A stretch of DNA of 20,000 nt, taken from positions 1,437,573 through 1,457,572 of the forward strand of contig NC_057754.1 in assembly GCF_004010195.1 (NCBI RefSeq), given 5' to 3'. Below, piece by piece: positions 10,632 to 19,459 of this stretch. Under the pieces are notes generated by a model that worked only from the letters and a program-made list of their open reading frames with translations, was not told the origin of the DNA and made no database searches. Within the stretch, counting starts at the first letter, position 1; the number at the start of each line of letters is the position of its first letter. The stretch is from Chiloscyllium plagiosum (taxonomy: Eukaryota). A program made the translations under genes and the position numbers.

Positions 10632-10797
10632 CGATTTTCTCCACAAGTTGAAGGATGACACCACCGATGTGCACATCGCCGTTCACTCTCAAGGTGATGG
10701 GATCCGCCTCAGGACCCAGTTCTTCCACAGTGATCTTCAGCTCCCATGATGCATCTATGTAGTCCCCGCTGGAAGTCTTGATGCCCCCCTGCGCCAT
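10632..10797 (-). CDS. FERMT3: Kindlin-3 (fermitin family homolog 3), first coding exon, F0 subdomain (55 codons + 1 nt)
   Basis: [55 protein letters not shown] matches the recalled human kindlin-3 N-terminus ([53 protein letters not shown]) better than kindlin-2 (MALDGIRMPDGCYADGTWEL). Strong Kozak context ACGATGG. Phase-1 donor G|GTAAGC at 10632/10631. Confidence 0.93.
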
Positions 10798-10840
10798 CGT
10801 TCAACATCCCTGGCAACAGCAAAAGGCAAGCGGGTCAGTC
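10798..10840 (-). promoter_or_regulatory. FERMT3: Splice acceptor and 12-nt 5' UTR portion of the FERMT3 start-codon exon (exon begins at 10809)
   Basis: Minus strand reads GACTGACCCGCTTGCCTTTTGCTGTTGCCAG|GGATGTTGAACGATG: branch-like CTGAC, pyrimidine tract, CAG. Confidence 0.85.
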
Positions 10841-10992
10841 AAACCCATGGCCAGCCCGCACCGAGACCGGTTCAATCCAGCTCACTGAGTGTGGTCAAGA
10901 AGGATCTCAGATTGTAAAGGGGCTATTGGGAGAAGGTGGGCATTGAGATTGGGATTGGACCCGATTCTACTGAACGCTGGAGCAGACTTGAA

Positions 10993-11500
10993 GGAATACC
11001 GTGTTCAAATCTGCTTCTCCCTGCTATCGGTAGGATGTGAAACTTGGAAGGTTTACAAGGATGCTGGAGGGTTTGAGCTACAGGGCTGTAGGCTGGGGCT
11101 ATTTTCCCTGGAGGCTGAGGGGTGACCTTATAAAGGTTTATAAAATCATGAGGGGCATGGGTAGGATAAATAGACAAGGTCTTTTCTCTGGGGTCGGGGA
11201 GTCCAGAACTAGAGGACATAGGTTTAGGGTGAGAGGGGAAAGATTTAAAAGGGACCACTTTTTCACACAGAGGGTGGTGTGTGTGTGTGTGTGTGTGTGT
11301 GTGGAATGAGCTGCCAGAGGAAGTGGTGGAGGCTGGTACAATGACAGCATTTAAAAGGCATCTGGATGGGTATATGAATAGAAAGGGTTTGGAGGGATAT
11401 GGGCCGGGTGCTGGCAAATGGGACGAGATTAGGTTGGGATATCTGGTCGGCACGGACGAGTTGGACCAAAGGGTCTGTTTCCGTGCTGTACATCTCTCTG
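10993..11500 (+). mobile_element. HER1-like LINE 3' fragment with small deletions and an internal (GT)13 at 11277-11302
   Basis: RLRGDLIKVYKIMRG..FFTQRVV(GT)nWNELPEEVVEAG..GRVLANG, then the 3' UTR. Confidence 0.93.
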
Positions 11501-11552
11501 ACCAAAGGGTGTACCCCTGCTGCTGGTTCCTATGGTTTCCGTGAGGTGACAC

Positions 11553-12385
11553 TTGAGAAGACTGGGCCTACATTCCTTGGAGTATAGAATTATAAAGAAA
11601 ATAACACTCTTACAGGGGGGGTCACAGGGAGGTGGTCACTCCCCCAATCTTGGGTGGGGAGGTCACAAGCAACTCAGGATAAGGGGCTGGCCATTTTGGA
11701 CTGAGAGGAGGGGGAGTGTTTTCACTCAGAGAGTGGGGAATCGTGGGAGGGTAGGGTTGGCTCAGTCACAGAGCGAGTTCAAGATGGAGGCCGAGAAGAT
11801 TCTTGATATTAGAGACACGGAGGGACGGTGAGGGGAAAATGGTGTTGAAGTAAGAGATCTGCTTGAACAAGGTTATGGGAGAAATAGCTCAGCTTCCTGC
11901 ACCTATGTTCACTGTAGCAGGAACCCAGAAAGAGGGAGAGAGGAAAGGATGAGGGGCAGAGGTTGGCTGCGGGGGTGGAAGGTTAGGTGGAGCAGGTTAA
12001 GCTGAGACCCACTGGAGTTTAGTAGTACGAGAGGTGATCTTATTGACGCCAATAATGGTCAGGGGGGTGGGAGGGTGGTTTAGCAGGGTCCTACCTGGGC
12101 AAAGCCTGGACAATAATGGAGCATCCCATTAAAGACGAAGATGAGGACGAATTTCTTCGCTCTGAGTGCGGAGAGTCTGTGGAATTCTCACTCCCCCAGA
12201 GGGGGTTTGGGTCTTGGGGATGGTGGGGGAGGGTGACTGATCATAGTCAATGCCGCTTTCAAGTGGTTTCTGATTGACGATGGTTTTGGAGGAGGTGGAG
12301 GGTCACCCCTATAGGTCTGCTACAATCTGATTGAATGGGGTAGCAGAGGCTGGAAGGGTTCAATGGCCTACTCCTGCTCTTTTTT
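11553..12385 (+). mobile_element. Two highly degenerate older CR1 3' fragments (about 11553-11900 and 11995-12385)
   Basis: LGLHSLEYR, FTQRVGN and CTGTGGAATTCTC motifs, with a CR1-like 3' end AATGGCCTACTCCTGCTCT. Confidence 0.6.
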
Positions 12386-13019
12386 TAAAAAGAAAGATTT
12401 TATTCATATGGACCTTGGGACATCCTCATGACATACGTGTACACACACACGCACACCCACAAATTAGTCCATACTACTCCACGGGATGCCCACCATATGT
12501 ATTTCTCTGCATGTTGGTTGGTTGGTTGCTATGGCCCACAGTAAGTGGACAACCTTTATTTGGGCCTGGGGTCAAAGGGCAGAGTTGACCAGATCGTGAA
12601 ACAACCTAAACTCTGCTGAAGATACTTCACGGTGAGTTCCCATCAGGACACACGTGCAAGAGATTCACATTTCAGGTGGTCACAACCACTTACCCGACGG
12701 GGAACCGGATTGGTAGTTGGATGGCGATTGGCTGAACTGTTGCCGTGGGGAGCGGCAAGGCTCCTGGGTTGGTTAGGGCTTGTCCCAATGGCTGTGAGAG
12801 ATGTTGGCTAACGGACCCCTATTTTCAGCGATAGGCTTCTCAGGAGGTCTCTCCGAACGGAGTCACTCCGATTAACAGGCAGTGTTCAGGAATGGGGGGA
12901 GAGAGGGATCAGAGCTGCTCCCACTGTCTGGTGTGAGTGGGCCATTCTCCTGCTATCCCCCAGCTGGTGAATGGAAGACCTTGGAGTTAGGCCTTCCCAG
13001 TTTAATGAGTCTGACTTAC

Positions 13020-13050
13020 ATCCGTTTCTCCTTCCAGCTGAAGGCCAAGG
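13020..13050 (-). other. Candidate 31-nt non-coding 5' UTR micro-exon of FERMT3
   Basis: Minus strand TTCCTTCTGTGTGTATTCCTTATCGTAG|CCTTGGCCTTCAGCTGGAAGGAGAAACGGAT|GTAAGT, in non-repeat DNA. Splice signals only. Confidence 0.35.
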
Positions 13051-13221
13051 CTACGATAAGGAATACACACAGAAGGAATTGTTTGCTGTGTTTTATTAAC
13101 TGGGTGTGACTGTGATTGCCAACAGAGTGGCACACAACAAACATAAAAACGGCAGAAATCTAGAGTCACACACCACACTGGAGGCATAATGGGCCATAGC
13201 ACATGTACCCAGCTCTCCCAC

Positions 13222-13393
13222 TGCTCTGTCAGCACTGACCCTCCCACAGTGCAGCACTCCCTCAGCACTGACCCTCCCACAGTGCAGCACTCCCTCAGCA
13301 CTGACCCTCCCACAGTGCCCGCTCCCTCAGCACTGACCCTCCGACAGTGCCCACTCCCTCAGCACTGACCCTCCGACAGCCCCCGCTCCCTCA
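13222..13393 (-). repeat. Second array of the 32-bp minisatellite family, reverse orientation, running into the gap 13394-13741
   Basis: Units such as CAGCACTGACCCTCCCACAGTGCAGCACTCCCT are reverse-complement variants of the unit at 1-2501. Confidence 0.93.
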
Positions 13394-13741
13394 NNNNNNN
13401 NNNNNNNNNNNNNNNNNNNNNNNNNNNNNNNNNNNNNNNNNNNNNNNNNNNNNNNNNNNNNNNNNNNNNNNNNNNNNNNNNNNNNNNNNNNNNNNNNNNN
13501 NNNNNNNNNNNNNNNNNNNNNNNNNNNNNNNNNNNNNNNNNNNNNNNNNNNNNNNNNNNNNNNNNNNNNNNNNNNNNNNNNNNNNNNNNNNNNNNNNNNN
13601 NNNNNNNNNNNNNNNNNNNNNNNNNNNNNNNNNNNNNNNNNNNNNNNNNNNNNNNNNNNNNNNNNNNNNNNNNNNNNNNNNNNNNNNNNNNNNNNNNNNN
13701 NNNNNNNNNNNNNNNNNNNNNNNNNNNNNNNNNNNNNNNNN

Positions 13742-13993
13742 CCTTAGGTCTCTTTTATATCTTTCCCCTCTCACCCTAAACCTATGCCCTCTAGTTCTGG
13801 ACTCCCTCACCCCAGGGAAAAGACCTTGTCTATTTACCCTATCCATGCCCCTCATGATTTTATAAACCTCTATATGGTCACCTCTCAGCCTCCGACGCAC
13901 CAGGGAAAACAGCCTCTCCCGATAGCTCAAACCCTCCAACCCTGGCAACATCCTTGTAAATCTTTTCTGAACCCTTTCGAGTTTCACAACATC
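13742..13993 (-). mobile_element. HER1-like LINE fragment
   Basis: KLERVQKRFTRMLPGLEGLSYRERL..RGDHIEVYKIMRGMDRV..RTRGHRFRVRG. Confidence 0.93.
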
Positions 13994-14063
13994 TTTTCGA
14001 CAGTAATTAGGAAGGCAAATGAAATTTCGGGTCTTTGTTCAAGTGGAGGCCTTGTTATAGCTG

Positions 14064-14582
14064 GGAGAAAGTGAGGCCTGCAGATGCTGGAGATCAGAGT
14101 CAAGAGCGTGGCGCTGGAAAAGCACAGCAGGTCAGGCAGCATCCGAGGAGCAGGAGAATCGACATTTTGCCCTTCATCAGGAATGTGCCAGTCATTATGC
14201 CCGAAACGTCGACTCTCCTGCTCCTCGGATGCTGCCTGACTGGCTGTGCTTAGATTAGATTACTTACAGTGTGGAAACAGGCCCTTCGGCCCAACAAGTC
14301 CACACCGACCCGCCGAAGCGTAACCCACCCATACCCCTACCCTTACATTTACCCCTTTAACTTAACACTACAGGCAATTTAGCATGGCCAATTCACCTGA
14401 CCTGCACATCTTTGGACAGTGGGAGGAAACCGGAGCACCCGGAGGAAACCCACACAGACACGGGGAGAATGTGCAAACTCCACACAGTCAGTCGCCTGAG
14501 TCGGGAATTGAACCCGGGTCTCTGGCGCTGTGAGGCAGCAGTGCTAACCACTGTGCCACCGTGCGTTCTCCAGCACCACACA
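14064..14582. mobile_element. Inverted pair of Penelope-like terminal-repeat fragments with degenerate hammerhead motifs; right arm interrupted by a SINE
   Basis: About 14107-14167 is the reverse complement of about 14204-14250 plus 14565-14582. CTGATGA lies on the minus strand (14180-14174) and GCCCGAAACGTC on the plus strand (14199-14210). Confidence 0.65.
14251..14564 (-). mobile_element. Near full-length HE1 V-SINE inserted into the inverted-repeat arm
   Basis: Head, V-domain and (TAATC)n tail present. The host arm GCTGTGCT..TTCTCCAGCACCACAC is split by it. Confidence 0.95.
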
Positions 14583-14739
14583 CTGCAGCCTTACTATACA
14601 ACCGTACAGGGTGAGACTGTACCCGACAGACTGTGTACAGTCCCGGCCTCCTTCCTCCAGGATGGAGATACTTCCATTGGACACAGTTCTAACCCCTGGG
14701 ACACAGGGGTTAATGCTGTGGACCTGTATCTATTGACGT

Positions 14740-15118
14740 TTCAAAGAGGGAGAGATGACCTTATTGAAAATGCTACGACCCCAGAGAGAGAGATTGAGGG
14801 GGTGGGTGCTGGGATAATGTTACCCAAACCCCCTCCTGGGGGATAACGAAGAAAGGGCAGGGGGACGGTTTCAGAAACCGGGATGTCCCAGAGGACCATA
14901 AGCGCTTGGAATCCTCTTCCCGAGAGGACAGTGGAAGTTGGTTCATTGAATGTATTCAGAGCTGGGTTCGGCAGATTTTTGATTGACAAAGGAATCAAGG
15001 ATTTTTGAGTTGGGGGAGGGTGGAGGGAGCAAACAGGAGTTGAGGCTACACCAATGATCAAATTGAATTATAGAACAGGCTCAAGGGACTGAATGGCCTC
15101 TTCCAGTTCTGACTAATT
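14740..15118 (+). mobile_element. Degenerate older CR1 3' fragment
   Basis: GCTTGGAATCCTCTTCC..GGTTCATTGAATGTATTC..GATTGACAAAGGAATCAAGG..AGGCTCAAGGGGACTGAATGGCCTCTTCC. Confidence 0.7.
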
Positions 15119-15124
15119 CTTAAC

Positions 15125-15662
15125 ATTCAATGGTATTCCCATGATCGAATCCCCCACCATCAACATCCTGGGGGTTACCGTTGACAAGAAACTCAACCAG
15201 ACTCACCACATCAACCCAGCGGCTCCAAGAGCAGGTCAGAGGCTGGGAATCCTGCAGCGAGTAACTCCCCTCCTGACTCCCCCCCAAAGCCTGTCCCACC
15301 ATCTACAAGGCACAAGGCAGGAGGGTGAGGGGATACTCCCCACTTGCCCCTGGATGGGGACAGCTCCAACAACACTCAAGAAGCTCGACACCATCCAGGG
15401 ACAAAGCAGCCCCCGCTGGATTGGCCCCACATTCCCCTCCGAGCCCCTCACCATCCCGACTTGGAAATATCTCGCCGTTCCCTCAGTGTGGCTGGGTCAG
15501 AATCCTGGGATTCCCTCCCTAAGGGACACTGTGGGTGCGGCTACACTATACTCTCTGCAGCGGTTCAAGAAGGCAGCTCAACCCCCCACCTCATCAAAGG
15601 GGCAATTAGCGATGGGGCAATGAATACTGGACACCCACGAAGCCATGAATGGTTAAACAAAG
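15125..15662 (+). mobile_element. 3' fragment of a second non-LTR retrotransposon family (post-RT region plus 3' UTR), frameshifted
   Basis: ILGVTVDKKLNQTHHI..AGQRLGILQRV, then YSPLA / WMGTAPTTLKKLDTIQ in shifted frames. Distinct from HER1; clade not assigned. Confidence 0.85.
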
Positions 15663-16190
15663 TGCAAACCAGATTGAATGAGGCTTGGCCTGGGAGAGTC
15701 AGGGATGGTCTGGGGAGGGAGGTGATGCTTTGGCTTTTTGACAGAGTTGTTCCAGAAATCTCGGAAGGAATTCGCAATTCCACACCCGACACAAGATGTG
15801 AGGGAGAGAGAGGAGAGAGAGAGAGAGTTGGAGATGACTCTCATGTTTTGCCCCTACACCCCTCTCGGCTTCCATCTTGTGAACACTGGCCTTGTCACTA
15901 AGATGTCCTCCATGCTGTCCCCCCAACCCCTGGTTAAAAGTCACGCGCTTCAAAAGCAGGCCACATGAACAAGGAACTCCCTGGGGTTGAGGGGGGAGGG
16001 GGGTTGTGGACGGGTGTGAGGTCAAGGAACATGAAGGGTGCCGTGGGGGCGGGGGTGGGGGACAGTGTTGAGTACGGAGGAGGTCGGGGGAGGGGAGTGG
16101 GGATGGTGGTGACGGAGAAAGGAGATTCCTTTACATACCGCTGGACCCAACCCCACCAAACCCCCACCCTGTCGGCGAGCCTCACCCCAG

Positions 16191-16600
16191 ACTCACAGAA
16201 GAAACGTTGCCCGTTGACCACGATCGGGCAGTTAGACTCGCCACAACATCCTGCCCGTGCCCCGGGATCAGAGCGTCTTTCACAACGACAGCAGCTGTAA
16301 TAGGAAGGAGCGAGTACGTGGCCTTCCCCCCACCCCCAGCCTCTGAGCGGTTGAGTTCCTCTGGCTATTTATATCGAACGAATGACGATGCGATTCCTCA
16401 ACTCGGTCGGATCGCGGCAGTCGCCCAGCTCCCGCCTCGGTGGAATGTAACGTTTCAGACTGGCTTCCCCCACCCTCTACCACCGAGTGAATTTAACAGA
16501 AACCGTGCCCCTCGAACACTCCAGCAGTGGCTTCCGTTCCGTTCCAAACCCCCGCCCACCATCTCCCTGCCTCCGGTTTTCCGCTTTCAATCCACTACGC
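16191..16600 (-). promoter_or_regulatory. FERMT3: Candidate FERMT3 core promoter and non-coding first exon (TSS about 16344; donor GTGAGT at 16196-16191)
   Basis: CpG-rich unique DNA. Minus-strand TATAAATA at 16373-16366, AGAGGAACT (PU.1-type) at 16362-16354, Inr-like CTCAG with its A at 16344, ETS CGGAAG at 16536-16531, GC box at 16557-16550. Orientation matches FERMT3. Confidence 0.6.
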
Positions 16601-16714
16601 CCTCTTGACCTTTCTGTTAGGCCTCGACAGCCCACCCACCCTCTCAGTGTGGGGGCTGTTTGGGCAAAGAGAAGGGATTGGGGGTGGGGGAAGGGTTCGG
16701 TGGGGAGATGGGCA

Positions 16715-17551
16715 GTCATAGACTCCGTACAGTGTGGAAACAGGCCCAACAAGTCCATACAGACTCTCCGAAGGGTAACCCAACCAGACCCATTCCCCAT
16801 TATTCTACATTTACCCCTGACGAATGCACCTAATCTACACATCCCTGAATACGATGGGGCACTTTAGCACGGCCCATCCACCCTAACCTGCACATCCCTG
16901 GGCTCTATGGGACAATTTCCCATGGCCAATCCAACCTAACCTACACATCCCTGGGCACTATGGGGCAATTTCCCATGGCCAATCCACCCTAACCTGCACA
17001 TCCCTGGGCACTATGGGGAAATTTCCCACGGCCAATCCACCCTAACCTGCACATCCCTGGGCACTATGCGGCAATTTAGCACGGCCAATGCACCCTAACC
17101 TGCACATCCCTGGGCACTATGGGGCAATTTCCCACGGCCAATCCACCCTAACCTGCACATCCCTGGGCACTATGGGACAATTTCCCATGGCCAATCCACC
17201 CTAACCTACACATCCCTGAATACTACGGGCAATTTAGCATGGCCAATCCACCCTAATCTACACATCCCTGAACACCATGGGGCAATTTAGCATGGCCAAT
17301 CCACCCTAACCTACACATCCCTGAACACTATGGGCAATTTAGCACGGCCAATCCACCCTAACCTGTACATCCCTGAACACTATGGGGTAATTTCCCATGG
17401 CCAATTCACTTGGTCTCCACACCTTTGGACTGTGGGAGGAAACCGGAGCACTCGGAGGAAACCCACACAGACACAGGGGAGGATGTGCGAACCCCACACA
17501 GACAGTCACCTGGATTGTGAGAGACAGCAGTACTAATCACTGAGCCACCAA
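16715..17551 (-). mobile_element. HE1-type SINE with an internal array of 11 x 53-bp units (about 16841-17420)
   Basis: ATCCCTG unit starts at 16841, 16894, 16947, 17000, 17053, 17106, 17159, 17212, 17264, 17317 and 17369, between the tail and the V-domain. Confidence 0.92.
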
Positions 17552-17576
17552 CGTCCCTCAACCAACATCACTACAC

Positions 17577-17723
17577 AGGGGAGACAGTGACACAGTGCAC
17601 ACGTCACTGTAGGCTAGCAATGCAGATGGCCCCTATCCACCCCTCCTCAGACCAATACTCTAGGGACACGGGTTCAAATCCGGGCACTGCAGTTGGTGCA
17701 AATTAAGTTCCATTAACAATAGA
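17577..17723 (+). mobile_element. Degenerate family-2 SINE head (host of the next HE1 insertion)
   Basis: B-box GGGTTCAAATCC followed by GCAGTTGGTGCAAATTAAGTTC, similar to the family-2 copies. Confidence 0.55.
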
Positions 17724-18268
17724 TGGGGTGGCACAGTGGTTAGCACTACTGCGTCATCGCACCAGGGATCCAGTGATCCCACCCTCGGGCGACTGTCTGG
17801 GTGGAGTTTGCACGTTCTCCCCGTGTCTGTGTGGGGTTTCCTCCTGGTGCTCCGGTTTCCTCCCACAGTCCAAAGACGTGCAGGTTAGGGTGGATTAGCC
17901 ATGGGAAATTGTCCCATAGTGCCCAGGGATGTGCAGGTTAGAGTGGATTGGCCGTGGGAACTTGTCCCATAGTGCCCAGGGATGTGCAGGTTAGAGTGGG
18001 TTGGCCGTGGGAAATTGTCCCAGGGATGTGCAGGTTAGGGTGGATTGGCCGTGGGAAATTGTCCCATAGTGCCCAGGGATGTGCAGGTTAGGGTGGATTG
18101 GCCATGGGAAATTTTCCCATAGGGCCCAGGGATGTGCAGGCTAGGGGCAGTAGTCAGGGTAAATGAAGGAGAATGGGTCTGGGTGGGTTACTCTTCGGAG
18201 GGTTAGTGTGAATGTGTTGGGCTGAATGGTCTGTTTTTACATTGTAGGGATTCTATGATGATTCTATG
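17724..18268 (+). mobile_element. HE1-type SINE with about 5 internal 53-bp units
   Basis: Head GGGGTGGCACAGTGGTTAGCAC, V-domain, repeated GTGCAGGTTAGGGTGGATTGGCC, (ATTCTATG)n tail. AATAGA is duplicated at 17718-17723 and 18269-18274. Confidence 0.92.
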
Positions 18269-18374
18269 AATAGACCTGTAACTGGTAGCTGGTCTCAGCG
18301 ACTGTGAAATCAGACATTTGGATAGGTACATTAAAAGGAAAGGTTTAGAGGGACATGGGCTCTAATGCACTATC

Positions 18375-18877
18375 AGGAGATGGTCTATTGTATTACCATG
18401 GACTGTTATTCCAGAAACCCAGGTTCGATTCCCGCCAAGGGAAGATGGGAGAATTGAAATTCAATAAAAAACTGGAATTAAGGATCGGTGGCCCAGTGGT
18501 TAGCACTGCTGCCTCACAGCGCCAGAGACCCGGGTTCAATTCCCGCCTCAGACGACTGACTGTGTGGAGTTTGCATGTTCTCCCCGTGTCTGCGTGGGTT
18601 TCCTCTGGGTGCTCCGGTCTCCTCCCACAATCCAAAGATGTGCAGATCAGGTGAATTGGCCATACTAAATTGCCCATAGTGTTAGGTAAGGGGTAAATGT
18701 AGTGGTATGGGTGGGTTGCGCTTCGGCGGGTCGGTGTGGACTTGTTGGGCCGAAGGGCCTGTTTCCACACTGTAATGTAAGGTAATGTAATGTAATCTAA
18801 TCTAATGGCGACCATTGCCGATTGTCAGAAAAAAATCCCTTCTAGTTCACGAATGTCCTTCAGGGAGGAACCTGCCA
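18375..18877 (+). mobile_element. Family-2 SINE interrupted by HE1 at 18486-18803
   Basis: GGTTCGATTCCC..GAAATTCAATAAAAACTGGAATTAAG | TCTAATGGCGACCATTG..GTTCACGAATGTCCTTCAGGGAGGA is colinear with the copy at 2545-2871. Confidence 0.75.
18486..18803 (+). mobile_element. Young-looking HE1 V-SINE
   Basis: Head, B-box, V-domain and (TAATG/TAATC)n tail. Confidence 0.95.
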
Positions 18878-19328
18878 CAGAATCATAGAATCCCTACAGT
18901 GTGGAAACAGGCCCTTCAGCCCAACAGGTCCATACTGACCCTCCACCAGACCTATTCCCCTACCCTATATTTACCTCTGACTAATGCACCTAAACTGCAC
19001 ATCCCTGGGCACTATGGGACAATTTCCCACAGCCAATCCACCCTAACCTACACATCCCTGAACACTATGGGACAATTTCCCATGGCCAATCCACCCTAAC
19101 CTGTACATCCCTGGGCACTACAGGATTATTTAGCACGGCCAATCCACCCTAACCTGCACAACTTTGAACTGTGGGAGGAAACTGGAGCATCTGTAGGAAA
19201 CTGGAGCATCTGTAGGAAACCCCTGCAGACACGGGGAGAACGTGCAAACTTCACATCGACAATTGCCTGTGGGTGGGATCAAACCAGGGTCCCTGGCACT
19301 GGGAGGCAGCAAATGCTAACCACTGAGG
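18878..19328 (-). mobile_element. HE1-type SINE with 3 internal 53-bp units and a 19-bp duplication in the V-domain
   Basis: ATCCCTG at 19001, 19054 and 19107. GGAAACTGGAGCATCTGTA occurs twice at about 19177-19214. Confidence 0.9.
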
Positions 19329-19459
19329 CTAATACATCCACCCATGGGGTCTGGATGAGTTCATTCAGATTAATGGCTGCACGTATGACAACAGGATCTC
19401 TCTTCCTCTCAGAGATATCTTGGGGATGGGAGATGGTGGTGGTGGTGTTCCATTGAGTC

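Noticed and set aside
16841..17420. 53-bp array as CRISPR or tandem tRNA genes
   Set aside because: No unique spacers; the units are an internal HE1 SINE segment without A/B boxes.
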